Position numbers and translations under genes: made by a program. A stretch of DNA of 64,000 nt, taken from Minisyncoccota bacterium. Its GTDB lineage: Bacteria > Patescibacteriota > Minisyncoccia > UBA6257 > 2-01-FULL-56-20. The stretch spans positions 394 through 64,393 of the forward strand of contig JBAYLC010000003.1 in NCBI GenBank assembly GCA_041664245.1, given 5' to 3'. A model generated the notes under the pieces. It made no database searches, was not told the DNA's origin, and saw only the letters and a list, made by a program, of their open reading frames with translations. Each line of letters begins with the position of its first letter. The first letter of the stretch is position 1. This document shows, one piece after another, positions 26,434 through 37,061 of the stretch.

Positions 26434-27000
26434 ATGTCCGTCATAACCTATACAATGACCCCAGAACAAGAAATACAACAACAAGCAGTTTTAACTGCAG
26501 CGCACCAAGATTACTCGAAAGGGCTCAATTTACACGCATTTTTAAAGGTTAGTAATCGTTCAACTGGCGAAGACTTAGTTCAAGAAACATTCATTAAAAC
26601 ATGGGGATACCTAGTTAAAGGAGGAAAAATTGATTTGATGAAAGCTTTTCTCTACCACATCCTAAACAACTTGATTGTGGATGAGTATCGAAAACGCAAA
26701 ACAACATCACTTGATATTCTAATCGAAAAGGGCCATGAGCCCAACCACGAGCCCAGCACTGACAACAATCCCAAGCTCCTCTTCGATATTTTAGACGGAA
26801 AAGCGGCACTCCTCTTAATCAATCGCCTTCCTGAAAAATATAAAAAAGTGATGCATATGAAATACGTTCAAGATCTCTCTCTAAAAGAAATGTCTTTAAT
26901 CACCGGCCAATCAAAAAACTCTATTGCCGTACAAGCATACCGAGGACTCGAAAAACTCAAATTATTATATAATCCCTTACGTACAAATGGTAACGTCTAA
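26434..27000 (+). CDS. RNA polymerase sigma-70 factor, ECF subfamily
   Basis: Region 2 is DLVQETFIKTW..LYHILNNLIVDEYRKRK. Region 4 is LSLKEMSLITGQSKNSIAVQAYRGLEKLK. Confidence 0.85.
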   Translation: MSVITYTMTPEQEIQQQAVLTAAHQDYSKGLNLHAFLKVSNRSTGEDLVQETFIKTWGYLVKGGKIDLMKAFLYHILNNLIVDEYRKRKTTSLDILIEKGHEPNHEPSTDNNPKLLFDILDGKAALLLINRLPEKYKKVMHMKYVQDLSLKEMSLITGQSKNSIAVQAYRGLEKLKLLYNPLRTNGNV

Positions 27001-27022
27001 TTATAAAACCTAATTTTAAAAC

Positions 27023-27169
27023 ATGCTTTGGACAATTATTATAATCTTAATAGTTTTATGGCTTCTTGGGTTTAGTTTCAAAGTAGGCGGTAATCTAATT
27101 CACACCTTACTCGTTATTGCGCTTATTGTGGTTATCGTTAAACTCCTATCCTAATAAGTTCTCTTAATT
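27023..27169 (+). CDS. lmo0937-family small membrane protein (48 aa)
   Basis: I translated MLWTIIIILIVLWLLGFSFKVGGNLIHTLLVIARLLWLSLNSYPNKFS manually. It starts 23 nt downstream of the ECF sigma gene. Confidence 0.55.
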
Positions 27170-27190
27170 AACAAGTTTAAACATCCCCTC

Positions 27191-28372
27191 CTAATTCGTT
27201 TTAAAAAAACTCTTCTTCCCAATTCTCAAAATTTCTCCGCCCTTCAAATTAAGAAGCTCTTTTGGATCCTTTTTAGTTTCTCCATCAACACTAAATCCGC
27301 CTTGCTCAACAAGCCGCCACGCTTCACTTTTACTCTTCACCACTCCGCTTTGATAAACTAAATCCACTACACTCATCTTTTTGTTTTTTACTTTTAGAAT
27401 CGGTAAATCTCCGCTGAATTCTTTTTTAGAAAAAATCTTATCAAAATTTTCTCTCGCCGCCCGGGCCGCTTTCTCACCGTGATAGATTTTTACAATTTCA
27501 TATCCCAGCTTCGCCTTCAAATCTCGAGGCAGTAATTCCTTCTTTAAGTTTTTAATCTCGTCTGAATTTAAATCAGTACAAAATTCAAAATACCTCTCCA
27601 TCATCTTATCCGGGATTTTCATTACCTTGCCAAACATCTGATCTGAAAATTCCGAAAGTCCGATGTAATTACCATAGCTCTTGCTCATTTTTTTCTCCCC
27701 ATCAGTTCCTTCCAAGAGTGGCAAAGTCATCACGTCTTGTTCTTTCATTCCAAAATGTCTTTGTACCCTCCGTCCCATAAGTAGATTAAACTTCTGATCC
27801 GTCCCGCCGAGTTCAATGCTCGCTTTAATCTTTAGAGAATCATAACCTTGAAAAACCGAATACAAAACTTCGAGTAAAGTAATATCATGTCCCTCGTCTA
27901 GTCGTTTTTTAAAATCCGCCCGTTTCAAAACCTGTTGGATACTGCTCGCTCCCGCCAATTCTAAAATCGCCTTCACTCCTCCCTCTTTAAACCACCGGCT
28001 ATTATAAACCACCTCCGTTTTTTTTATATCAATTATTTTCGCGGCTTGAGCTAAATAACTTTTCATATTGCCCTTCACTTCTTTTTCAGTAAGCGGCTTC
28101 CTAGTTTCGTTTTTTCCCGACGGGTCGCCAATCGTTCCGGTAAAATCGCCGATTACTAAAACAACTTTGTGTCCTAATTTTTGAAAATCTCTAAGTTTTC
28201 TTAAAACAACAGCGTGACCAAGATGCAAATCAGGCGCCGTCGGATCAATCCCAAATTTAACCCTTAGCTTATCGCCACCAAGAAGCCTTTTCTTGAGGTT
28301 TTCTTTTTCAATCACTTCCTCAACATTTCGGCTTAAAAGTTTCTCTACTTCCTCAGTTTTATTAATTGCCAT
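27191..28372 (-). CDS. tyrS: tyrosine--tRNA ligase
   Basis: It has HIGH (DLHLGH), KMSKS and a C-terminal S4 domain. The start is likely MAINK at 28372, because a clpP terminator hairpin lies in 28403-28430, although the track ORF runs to 28441. Confidence 0.9.
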   Translation of the reverse strand: MAINKTEEVEKLLSRNVEEVIEKENLKKRLLGGDKLRVKFGIDPTAPDLHLGHAVVLRKLRDFQKLGHKVVLVIGDFTGTIGDPSGKNETRKPLTEKEVKGNMKSYLAQAAKIIDIKKTEVVYNSRWFKEGGVKAILELAGASSIQQVLKRADFKKRLDEGHDITLLEVLYSVFQGYDSLKIKASIELGGTDQKFNLLMGRRVQRHFGMKEQDVMTLPLLEGTDGEKKMSKSYGNYIGLSEFSDQMFGKVMKIPDKMMERYFEFCTDLNSDEIKNLKKELLPRDLKAKLGYEIVKIYHGEKAARAARENFDKIFSKKEFSGDLPILKVKNKKMSVVDLVYQSGVVKSKSEAWRLVEQGGFSVDGETKKDPKELLNLKGGEILRIGKKSFFKTN

Positions 28373-28402
28373 AGATATCTGGATTTTATCACAACTTCCC
28401 CT

Positions 28403-28430
28403 ATCAAAAAAGCCGCCTTTCGGCGGCACT
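28403..28430 (-). terminator. intrinsic terminator after clpP (gccgcc-gaaa-ggcggc + T-run on minus strand)
   Basis: The hairpin and T-run were read directly from the sequence. Confidence 0.65.
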
Positions 28431-28443
28431 TTCAAAAACAATA

Positions 28444-29025
28444 TTAATGATTTTTTATTATTTCATCAATAAGTCCGTACTCTTTTGCCTCAACCGGCGT
28501 CATGTAAAAATCTCGATCGGTATCCTTCTCTATTTTTGTAACCGGCTTCCCAGCGTGCTTTGCTAAAATCTGATTAATTTTATCTTTAATTTTAATAATG
28601 TGCCGCGCTGTGATTTCCACTTCAATCGCTTGCCCCTCTACTCCCCCCATCACTTGGTGGAGCATCACTTCCGAATTGGGTAAAGCAAATCTTTTCCCCT
28701 TTTTTCCTGCCGCCAAAAGAACCGCCCCCATCGAGGCCGCAATACCCACGCACATTGTCTGCACATCCGCCTTCACATATTGCATTGTGTCATAAATCGC
28801 CAATCCCGCCGTCACCGATCCTCCCGGTGTGTTCAAATAAATTCTGATGTCCTTTTTTGGATCTTCATGATCTAAAAATAAAAGCTGGGCAATCACCGCG
28901 TTTGCCACCCCATCCGTAATCGGCCCTCCCAGAAAAACTATTCTGTCTTTAAGAAGGCGAGAGTAAATATCATACGCCCTCTCTCCATATTGCGATTTCT
29001 CTATAACTGTTGGTATGAGATTCAT
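28444..29025 (-). CDS. clpP: ATP-dependent Clp protease proteolytic subunit
   Basis: The 193 aa product has the catalytic serine context (GIAASMGA) and the histidine (MLHQ). Confidence 0.95.
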   Translation of the reverse strand: MNLIPTVIEKSQYGERAYDIYSRLLKDRIVFLGGPITDGVANAVIAQLLFLDHEDPKKDIRIYLNTPGGSVTAGLAIYDTMQYVKADVQTMCVGIAASMGAVLLAAGKKGKRFALPNSEVMLHQVMGGVEGQAIEVEITARHIIKIKDKINQILAKHAGKPVTKIEKDTDRDFYMTPVEAKEYGLIDEIIKNH

Positions 29026-29068
29026 ATTCTTATTATACGCTATCGCATACTACATATACTATATGATG

Positions 29069-31078
29069 TTACCTAAAAAACTGCACTAATAGCAACGCCA
29101 CGATATTTATAACCTTGATCAACGGATTGATCGCCGGCCCCGCTGTGTCCTTATACGGATCGCCAACGGTATCACCAGTCACGGCCGCTTTATGCGCTTC
29201 TGATCCTTTTCCGCCAAAATGGCCTGACTCAATATATTTTTTAGCGTTATCCCAAGCTGCTCCACCCGATGTCATCGAAATCGCCACAAAAAGTCCAGAT
29301 ACAATCGTCCCGATTAAAAATCCGCCAAGCGCCGCTTTGCCTAAAACAAAACCGACCACTAGTACCGAGACAATCGGCAAAAGCGCCGGCACAATCATTT
29401 CTTGTAAAGCGGCCTTCGTCACGATATCCACCGCTTTGCCATATTCCGGTTTTCCCGATCCGTCCATAATTCCTTTTATTTCCCTAAACTGCCGGCGAAT
29501 TTCTTCAACCAGCGTCCCCGCTGTTTTGCCAACCGCCTTCATTGCGATTGATCCAAAAAGATAAGGAACCGAAGCCCCAAGGAAAAGCCCGATCACTACT
29601 ATCGGCGTCTGAAGATCAAAAGAAAAGCTCTCTGTCAGTTTCTTCACCTCTTCAACATAACCGGAAAAAAGAACCAAAGCCGCCAGTCCGGCCGAAGCAA
29701 TCGCGTAACCCTTAGTTATAGCTTTAGTAGTGTTCCCCACCGCATCCAAAGCATCTGTCGCTTCCCGAACATCATTCGACTGACCGGTCATCTCGGCAAT
29801 CCCACCTGCATTATCGGTAATCGGCCCAAAAGCATCTATCGCCACAATAATCCCCGCCACCGAAAGCATTGAAGTCGCCGCAATCGCGATTCCGTATAAA
29901 CCTGCCAACGAAAATGCTCCCAAAATTCCAAGCACGATAATCACAATCGGCAAAAAAGTCGCTTCGGTTCCTACTGAAAGTCCCATTATAATATTCGTCC
30001 CATGCCCTGACTTTGATGCCTCTGCGATACTCTTAACCGGCCGATATTTTTTCGCCGTATAATAATCAGTTACCAAAACCATTAGCACCGTCACCGCTAA
30101 TCCAACTAAACTAGCCATAAAAATATTCGCAAAGTTGTCCGGGAAAAAATATTTTGAAGCGAAAAAGAAAAACACGGCTGACACAACAAGCGCCACCGTT
30201 AATCCTTTATAAAGCGCCCCCATTATTGAATTATTTTTACCCAGCTTCACAAAAAAAGTTCCTATTATTGAAGCTACAATTGCCAACCCACCCAAAACAA
30301 GCGGGAACTGAACTTGAAACGGAGACAAGTGTCCGAGTCCAACACCAATTAAAATCGCCGCCGTAAGCGTCACTGCATAGGTTTCAAAAAGATCCGCCGC
30401 CATTCCCGCGCAATCACCGACATTGTCGCCAACGTTATCCGCGATCACCCCGGGGTTCCTCGGATCATCCTCCGGAATTCCCGCTTCGATCTTCCCAACC
30501 AAATCTGTTCCCACATCCGCCGCTTTGGTAAAAATTCCTCCCCCCAATCTAGCGAAAACTGAGATAAGCGAACTTCCAAAAGCGAGCCCGATAAGCACAC
30601 CGGTACCACCACTCAAAATATCAGCCTGAAACATAAAGAAAAAAAGTGAGACCGCTAAAAGGCCCAACCCTACCACTAAGAAACCAGTCACCGATCCGCC
30701 CAAAAAGGCCACTCTAAATGCCTTCGCTAAACCATGCTTGGCTGCTTCCGTTGTCCGCGAATTAGTATCCACCGCTGTCATCATCCCCAAATAACCCGCC
30801 AAAGCCGAAGTGAAAGCGCCAACCAAAAATCCAAAAGCAATTATTTGCCCCGACGCATTAAATTTCATCATCGCCATAATCAAAAACGCGATTACAATCG
30901 CCACATATACAACCGTTTTATTCTGCCGCCGTAAATAACTCTTTGATCCCTCTTTAATTGCGTCCCGAATCGCCAGCATCTTTACATCTCCAGACGGATA
31001 TCGCTTGACTGACTTGATCAAGAACACTCCAAAAACGATCGACGCTAATGCCAAACCGACTGATAAAAATACATTCAT
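29069..31078 (-). CDS. hppA: membrane-bound proton/sodium-translocating pyrophosphatase
   Basis: The 669 aa polytopic product has the [17 protein letters not shown] and DNVGDNVGD motifs. Confidence 0.95.
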   Translation of the reverse strand: MNVFLSVGLALASIVFGVFLIKSVKRYPSGDVKMLAIRDAIKEGSKSYLRRQNKTVVYVAIVIAFLIMAMMKFNASGQIIAFGFLVGAFTSALAGYLGMMTAVDTNSRTTEAAKHGLAKAFRVAFLGGSVTGFLVVGLGLLAVSLFFFMFQADILSGGTGVLIGLAFGSSLISVFARLGGGIFTKAADVGTDLVGKIEAGIPEDDPRNPGVIADNVGDNVGDCAGMAADLFETYAVTLTAAILIGVGLGHLSPFQVQFPLVLGGLAIVASIIGTFFVKLGKNNSIMGALYKGLTVALVVSAVFFFFASKYFFPDNFANIFMASLVGLAVTVLMVLVTDYYTAKKYRPVKSIAEASKSGHGTNIIMGLSVGTEATFLPIVIIVLGILGAFSLAGLYGIAIAATSMLSVAGIIVAIDAFGPITDNAGGIAEMTGQSNDVREATDALDAVGNTTKAITKGYAIASAGLAALVLFSGYVEEVKKLTESFSFDLQTPIVVIGLFLGASVPYLFGSIAMKAVGKTAGTLVEEIRRQFREIKGIMDGSGKPEYGKAVDIVTKAALQEMIVPALLPIVSVLVVGFVLGKAALGGFLIGTIVSGLFVAISMTSGGAAWDNAKKYIESGHFGGKGSEAHKAAVTGDTVGDPYKDTAGPAINPLIKVINIVALLLVQFFR

Positions 31079-31117
31079 AGTAATAAATTTATATAAAAAT
31101 TAATTGATTTTAAATAT

Positions 31118-32347
31118 TTATTCATCCGACTTTTCGTCTTTATTCTCGCTAGCCACTTCCTCTCCGGCGATACCGCCCTCCTGCACCTCTTCCGGCCGTG
31201 TTTGTGAACGAACATCAATCTTCCAACCAGTCAGTCTCGCCGCTAAACGGACATTTTGTCCGCCGCGGCCGATTGCCAAACTAAGCTGGTCCTCGGGCAC
31301 AAAAACTCTCGCTTCTCTTCGCGGCAAAATTTCCACTGTTTTTACCTTTGCCGGCGAAAGCGAATTAGCGATAAGTTTTTCTGGATCTTCAGACCATTCA
31401 ATAATATCAATTTTTTCGTTGCCTAATTCGTTATTCACCACCATCACCCGCGTTCCTCGCTGCCCCACTAATGCCCCCACCGGATCCACTCCTTCGGCGT
31501 GAGATTGAACCGCTAATTTTGTCCGGTTGCCTGGTTCTCTCGTGATCGCTTTAATTTCCACCACTCCCTCTAATAGCTCTGGCACCTCTAATTCAAAAAG
31601 TTTTGATACGAATTTTGGATGTGATCTTGAAAGTATAATTCCCGGCAAACGGGTATCCTCTTGAACCGCTAACACCAAAAATCTTAACCGCTCACCCGAA
31701 CGATAGTGTTCCGAAGGAATTGATTCGTTTGAGAACATCACTCCCACCGTCCGGCCCAAATCAACATAAACATGGCCTCGCTCAAATCGCTGGATAATAC
31801 CACTTGCAATCTGCCCCTCCTTGCCCCGCCATTCCTGCAAAATTGACTCTCTTTCCGATCCGCGCAATTTTTGAAATATCACCTGCTTTGCCGCTTGAGC
31901 GGCAATTCGGCCGAAATCCTCTTTCGTCTCTAATGGAAAAGTTAATTCCTCTCCTAAAGCCACATCTGATTTTATCGCCCTCGCCTCATCAATTAGAATA
32001 TGCCTTTCGGGATTGTATCTCGGTAATTTCACCTCGTCTTCATTATCAGCAGTTGAAAAAGATTCGCCCGGCGCTCTCTTGAATTCATTCTTTCCTTCAT
32101 TCTCTTCCTCTCCCTCCTCAACAATTCTCACCGTCGTCTCGTCCACTACCGTTTTAATTTTCCAAAATTTAAGTACTCCGGTTTTAGTGTTAAGTTTCGC
32201 TTTAACAATCTCTCCTCTCTCGCCATATTCCTTTTTATAAGCCGCCGCAATCGACGACTCAATCGCCTCAAGAACTTTATCCGCCGCTATGCCCTTCTCT
32301 TCCGCTACTTGGGTAATTAACTTTCCAAAATTTTTTACGTCAAACAT
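31118..32347 (-). CDS. nusA: transcription termination/antitermination factor NusA
   Basis: It has the N-terminal domain, an S1 domain and two KH domains, with RLAARLTGWKIDV. Confidence 0.9.
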   Translation of the reverse strand: MFDVKNFGKLITQVAEEKGIAADKVLEAIESSIAAAYKKEYGERGEIVKAKLNTKTGVLKFWKIKTVVDETTVRIVEEGEEENEGKNEFKRAPGESFSTADNEDEVKLPRYNPERHILIDEARAIKSDVALGEELTFPLETKEDFGRIAAQAAKQVIFQKLRGSERESILQEWRGKEGQIASGIIQRFERGHVYVDLGRTVGVMFSNESIPSEHYRSGERLRFLVLAVQEDTRLPGIILSRSHPKFVSKLFELEVPELLEGVVEIKAITREPGNRTKLAVQSHAEGVDPVGALVGQRGTRVMVVNNELGNEKIDIIEWSEDPEKLIANSLSPAKVKTVEILPRREARVFVPEDQLSLAIGRGGQNVRLAARLTGWKIDVRSQTRPEEVQEGGIAGEEVASENKDEKSDE

Positions 32348-32539
32348 ATTTTTTTATTTTAATAATTTTTTCGGCCTTGTCTCTCCAATGTTTCAAACTC
32401 TGATTCTATTGTATCCTCGTCATCATAAAAACAAAGTCCGCGAAAGCGGACTAATCAACCACTGTCAAATTATATAGAATATTAGCTTTTAATGTCAAAT
32501 ACCCTTAAATAACCAACAAAACAAAGCTTTTTGAGCATA

Positions 32540-32568
32540 TTGACAATATAAAAATAATGAGCTATAAT
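32540..32568 (+). promoter_or_regulatory. consensus sigma70 promoter TTGACA-N17-TATAAT
   Basis: The hexamers and spacing match the consensus exactly. It lies ~35 nt upstream of the 32607 start, which has a Shine-Dalgarno sequence. Confidence 0.7.
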
Positions 32569-32606
32569 AAAAGAAGCAAACGTAAATCAAGAAAGAGAGG
32601 TTTTTC

Positions 32607-32903
32607 ATGAGGAGAGTGCTGGTTTTCCTAGCGGCGGTTATTATTCTATTAGCCGCCATTCCTTCCTCCGTCAGCGCCCGTGGCAACCACTTTCGGTATG
32701 ATCCAGTTAGAACATATCGAATGACGACCAGCAATAGTTGCGGTAGTCACGGAAACCAATACCAAAATCGCGGCTTCAATCGCCGCGGCACCGGGCTGAG
32801 CATCGGAGGAAGTATCAACTACGAAAAAAACACGATATCTTCCGATGGAAAATCCCAGAAAACCATCCGGATATCTTTTGGGATTGGACTTTCTAAACGC
32901 TAA
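32607..32903 (+). CDS. small secreted Gly/Asn-rich protein (98 aa, signal peptide)
   Basis: It has a Shine-Dalgarno sequence (agagagg), a signal peptide with an SVSARG cleavage region, and its own promoter and terminator. Confidence 0.6.
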   Translation: MRRVLVFLAAVIILLAAIPSSVSARGNHFRYDPVRTYRMTTSNSCGSHGNQYQNRGFNRRGTGLSIGGSINYEKNTISSDGKSQKTIRISFGIGLSKR

Positions 32904-32937
32904 AACTTCATTCCTGATCCTCCTATCCCGATGCCTA

Positions 32938-32970
32938 GGCCCCGATCTTTGTCGGGGCCGATCTTTTTTA
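32938..32970 (+). terminator. intrinsic terminator (ggccccga-tctttg-tcggggcc + T6)
   Basis: The hairpin and T-run were read directly from the sequence. Confidence 0.75.
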
Positions 32971-33259
32971 TAGAAACCGCAATATCTATCTAACGGGGTT
33001 GACCTTTTTAATCATCTAGATTAAAATAAAAGCTCTAATTAGTTTTAACTATCTTTCTAAATTTATCTTAACTAACTCGCCTCCATTAATCTCCAAAGCA
33101 AAAAATAACCAAAAGGGTAATCTTTTTAAAAAATTCAATCAGCCTGCCAAGGTAGTAATCTTCCGTCCGTCAACTAGCGGAGGCAGATGGCAGACATATA
33201 CGGTTCACCCCGTCACGAAATTTGCTCGTAAAAAATAAAGGGATAAAAATCCAAGATCC

Positions 33260-33346
33260 GCCGAGGTGGTGAAACTGGCAGACACGCAGCGTTCAGGTCG
33301 CTGTGCTCGCAAGGGCTTGCGGGTTCAAATCCCGCCCTCGGCACCA
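33260..33346 (+). tRNA. tRNA-Leu (anticodon CAG), long variable arm, CCA encoded
   Basis: The acceptor stem is GCCGAGG/CCTCGGC and the anticodon stem CAGCG/CGCTG with loop TTCAGGT. The T loop is TTCAAAT. Confidence 0.85.
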
Positions 33347-33397
33347 TAATTGAAATAAATTAATAAAAAAAGTAAAAATAAAAAAAACAAATAAATA

Positions 33398-35203
33398 ATG
33401 ATAAAAAAAACTTTAATTCGTCCAAGAGACGAATCTCAAAAAAATCGTTCTGTTAGATCAGAAAAACCAGCTCGTCGGCCTAGATTTTCGCCGTCCTCAA
33501 GAAAATCAGAATCAGAAATAAAAAATCCGATCCAGAAAAACGCAAACGCACTTCGTTTTATTCCTTTGGGTGGCCTCGAAGAAATCGGCCGCAATATGAT
33601 GTTTTTTGAATATAAAAACGAGATCGTCATCGTTGATGCCGGCCTTCAATTTCCCGAAGAAGAAACACCGGGCGTTGATTTTATTATTCCTAACATTACC
33701 TATCTCCAAGAAAAAAAAGCTAATATCCAAGCTCTAATCCTTACTCACGCCCACTACGATCATATTGGCGCCATTCCTTACGTAATGGAAAAAATTGGCA
33801 ACCCGCCGATCTACGCCACTTCTCTAACAAAAGCCATCGTCGAGAAACGGCAAGAGGATTTCCCCAACACCCCCAAATTAAGAATCATCACTGTCAAAAA
33901 TGGCGACGTCATGAAACTATCAAATCATTTCGAAGCCGAATTTTTTGCTATCCCTCACACTATTCCCGATTCGACGGGCATCCTTCTTAAAACCCCGGTC
34001 GGCAACGTTGCCAACCTCGGCGATTTCCGAGTTGAATATGATATGAACGGAAATCCGGAAGGTTTAGATGAATTAGAAAGAATTGGGAAAAAGGGTGTTC
34101 AATTATTCGTGATCGACAGCACCAGCGCCGACAAACCCGGCGTCTCCGAAAGCGAGCGCTTGGTTGAAAAAAATCTTGAGGACCTTTTCAAAAAAGCCCA
34201 AGGCCGCATTGTAATAGCCATGTTCGCATCCGTTCTAACGCGCATCGCCGAAGTCATCAAAATTGCCGAGAGATTAGACCGCAAGGTCGCTCTCTCCGGC
34301 TACTCAATGAAAGCCAACGTTCAAATTGCCCGCCAGCTCGGTTTCATTAAAGTCAGCAACGACACTGTTATCCCTTTAGAAGAAATCCATCGCTATAAAG
34401 ACAATAAACTTATTATTCTCTCAACTGGCGCCCAGGGCGAATCAAACGCTAGTTTGATGAAAATTATTACCGGCGAACACCGCTTCGTAAAAATCAAACC
34501 CGGCGACACCGTTATTCTCTCCGCCTCGATTATTCCCGGCAACGAACGTAGTGTTCAAAGTGTCAAAGACAATCTCGCCCGCCAAGGCGCTATCATCTTT
34601 CACTCCGATATTATCGACATTCACGCGAGCGGCCACGCCCCAAAAGAAGACCTCAAGCTGGTAATGAAACTTATCAACCCGAAATTCCTCGCTCCGGTTC
34701 ATGGCTACTATTACAAACGCTCAGTTAATGCCCAATCCGGCGTTGAAGTTGGTATTCCCAAAGAAAATATTTTTCTTTTAGACAATGGCCAAGTCGCCGA
34801 AATAACTCCTTCTAGTTTTAAAATCACCAAAGAGACAGTTCCTTCTTACTACGTCATGGTTGACGGTCTCGGCGTCGGTGACGTTGAAGAAGTTGTTCTT
34901 CGCGATCGCCGCACTCTCGCCCAAGAAGGAATGGTGGTTATCATCATCACCATCGACCGGAAAAATAATCAACTTCTCAAAAGCCCCGACATCATTTCTC
35001 GCGGCTTCATCTACTTAAAAGAGAACCAGGGTATCTTAGAAGAAATCCGCAAAAAAATCCGCAGCGTTCTCTCCCGCCTTCCCAACTACCAGCCGCTCGA
35101 AGCCGACTACCTAAAAACTTTAATCCGCGACCAAATCGGCCAGCTAATGTATAATAAAACCAAACGCCGGCCAATGATCCTACCGGTCGTGATTGAAATC
35201 TAA
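33398..35203 (+). CDS. rnj: ribonuclease J (MBL/beta-CASP)
   Basis: It has THAHYDHIG and the beta-CASP and C-terminal domains. The N-terminus is basic and extended. Confidence 0.9.
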   Translation: MIKKTLIRPRDESQKNRSVRSEKPARRPRFSPSSRKSESEIKNPIQKNANALRFIPLGGLEEIGRNMMFFEYKNEIVIVDAGLQFPEEETPGVDFIIPNITYLQEKKANIQALILTHAHYDHIGAIPYVMEKIGNPPIYATSLTKAIVEKRQEDFPNTPKLRIITVKNGDVMKLSNHFEAEFFAIPHTIPDSTGILLKTPVGNVANLGDFRVEYDMNGNPEGLDELERIGKKGVQLFVIDSTSADKPGVSESERLVEKNLEDLFKKAQGRIVIAMFASVLTRIAEVIKIAERLDRKVALSGYSMKANVQIARQLGFIKVSNDTVIPLEEIHRYKDNKLIILSTGAQGESNASLMKIITGEHRFVKIKPGDTVILSASIIPGNERSVQSVKDNLARQGAIIFHSDIIDIHASGHAPKEDLKLVMKLINPKFLAPVHGYYYKRSVNAQSGVEVGIPKENIFLLDNGQVAEITPSSFKITKETVPSYYVMVDGLGVGDVEEVVLRDRRTLAQEGMVVIIITIDRKNNQLLKSPDIISRGFIYLKENQGILEEIRKKIRSVLSRLPNYQPLEADYLKTLIRDQIGQLMYNKTKRRPMILPVVIEI

Positions 35204-36191
35204 AATGAAACCCGTTCTTATTTCAGGGATCCAGCCCTCTGGACGCCTTCATCTCGGCAATTACCTCGGCGCCCTAAAAAATTTCGTTGACCTCCAAAAT
35301 TCCGGCAAGTATGACTGCTACTTTTTTATTGCCGATCTTCATTCTTTAACCGAAAGCTACACGCCAGAAGAAAAACGCAAACAGATTTTAGAACTTATCT
35401 CCGACTACCTCGCCGTCGGTCTTAATCCTAAAAAATCAGTTATTTTCCTCCAATCTCAAGTTCTCGCTAATTCCGAGCTAGCTTTTATTCTAAACACCAT
35501 CACGCCAATAGGAGAACTGCGTCGGATGACTCAATACAAAGAAAAATCTCAAAACGAAAAAGAAACTTCCAACGTCGGCCTCTTTACCTATCCAACTCTT
35601 ATGGCCGCCGACATTTTAATTTATGATGCTAAATTTGTCCCGGTCGGCGACGACCAGCTCCAACATCTTGAACTCGCCCGCACTCTCGCCAGAAAATTCA
35701 ACTCTCGTTTCGGGAAAATTTTTGTCGAGCCCCAACCGCTTCTAACTAAATCTCCTCGCGTTATGAGCTTAGGTGATCCCACCAAAAAAATGTCTAAGTC
35801 CGCCCCTCAAACCTGCCTCTTCCTTGAAGATTCACCCGAAGAAATAAAATCAAAAATAAAACACGCCGTGACCGACTCTGGTAATGAAATTAAGTTTGAT
35901 CAAAATAAAAAACCCGGCCTAAGCAATCTTTTAAACATCTATTCGGCTTTAAGCGAAAAACCAATCGCCAAAATCGAAAAAGAATTTGCCAATCAAAACT
36001 ACGGTTCTTTCAAATCCGCTCTCGCCAATTTAATAATTGAAAATCTGGCTGATTATAGAAAACTTAAGAAGTCCCTAAAATCCAAAACCCATAACCTAAA
36101 AACTATTTTAAACGCCGGTTCTAAAAAAGCCTCTCTTAGGGCCAATAAAAAAATCGCTGAAGTAAAAAATAAAATTGGTTTGAATCTTTAA
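35193..36191 (+). CDS. trpS: tryptophan--tRNA ligase
   Basis: It has the HIGH-like motif PSGRLHLGN and KMSKS. It overlaps rnj by 11 nt. Confidence 0.9.
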   Translation: MKSKMKPVLISGIQPSGRLHLGNYLGALKNFVDLQNSGKYDCYFFIADLHSLTESYTPEEKRKQILELISDYLAVGLNPKKSVIFLQSQVLANSELAFILNTITPIGELRRMTQYKEKSQNEKETSNVGLFTYPTLMAADILIYDAKFVPVGDDQLQHLELARTLARKFNSRFGKIFVEPQPLLTKSPRVMSLGDPTKKMSKSAPQTCLFLEDSPEEIKSKIKHAVTDSGNEIKFDQNKKPGLSNLLNIYSALSEKPIAKIEKEFANQNYGSFKSALANLIIENLADYRKLKKSLKSKTHNLKTILNAGSKKASLRANKKIAEVKNKIGLNL

Positions 36192-36210
36192 AAATAAACC
36201 GGCAATTGGA

Positions 36211-36996
36211 ATGAAAAGGAACACTATCAATCACATAGCGAGCGCTGGCATAATTTACCCAAAAAACGACCCAACGAAAATATTTTTAGAGATAAAAGAT
36301 AAAACCTATCCCATTAAAAAATTCCGCCATTCTCTTTGTTTAATCGGCGGAAACTGGATCGGCAAAGCCGCCAAGAAAGATCAAAGTCCATCCTCTACTT
36401 TTAACCGAGAAGTAGAAGAAGAACTCTCCTTCAGGAAACCCTTGGTCAGTTCGACTGAGCTTAAACTTCTAGGAATCAAAAACTCCAAAGACTATCAAAT
36501 AAAAAAACTTAAACACAAACCCGACTCTAAAGATATAAAATCCCTTCGCTCTATAAAAACTATAATAAAAAAATCAAAAAAACCTTGGGGAGATTTTATT
36601 CACACCATCAATCAAAAAGAAATCCTCCTTAGTAACTTCATTGGTCAAAACAAAAACCTCGTTTTCGTAAACTCTTACTGGCTCATCCCGCTCAAGGAAA
36701 AAGATTGGGCAATCCTAGAAAATCTCCAAAAAAAATTCGGCAACTTATCCGAAGAGTCTCAAACCGTCATCATCTCAATAGATGATATTTTAAAAAATAA
36801 AATCCAAATCATCTGGGGTCACGACCACATCCTAAAAAAATTTTTCTTAAAAAATAAGATTAACTCAGCCAATAGATTATCAATTTTTAAAAATATTCAA
36901 AGTAAAAATCTAGGTAAAACCTTAAAGTCCTACAAAGAATACAAAAAGAAATTTACAATTCTCAGGAATCCATTCTTAGATAAAAATCTTGCTTGA
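36211..36996 (+). CDS. Nudix-fold protein with degenerate Nudix box (paralogue A)
   Basis: The GGNWIGK..FNREVEEELSF region is a degenerate REUXEE box. It is paralogous to 37905-38687 across its whole length. Confidence 0.6.
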   Translation: MKRNTINHIASAGIIYPKNDPTKIFLEIKDKTYPIKKFRHSLCLIGGNWIGKAAKKDQSPSSTFNREVEEELSFRKPLVSSTELKLLGIKNSKDYQIKKLKHKPDSKDIKSLRSIKTIIKKSKKPWGDFIHTINQKEILLSNFIGQNKNLVFVNSYWLIPLKEKDWAILENLQKKFGNLSEESQTVIISIDDILKNKIQIIWGHDHILKKFFLKNKINSANRLSIFKNIQSKNLGKTLKSYKEYKKKFTILRNPFLDKNLA

Positions 36997-37061
36997 CATA
37001 ATAGAAAAAACATATATAATTTAGCAAGTTTTATTGACAACCAAAATAAGGAAAGGAAGCC

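Noticed and set aside
29115-31502. Multiple 60-150 aa plus-strand ORFs inside hppA and nusA.
   Set aside because: They are antisense shadows within strongly supported genes. Their translations are low-complexity Ala/Pro/Ser-rich, typical of reverse frames of GC-skewed membrane-protein genes.
32495-32734. The 79 aa minus-strand ORF antisense to the small secreted-protein gene.
   Set aside because: It has no Shine-Dalgarno sequence or promoter. The plus-strand gene has a consensus promoter, a Shine-Dalgarno sequence, a signal peptide and a terminator, so the antisense ORF is a shadow.
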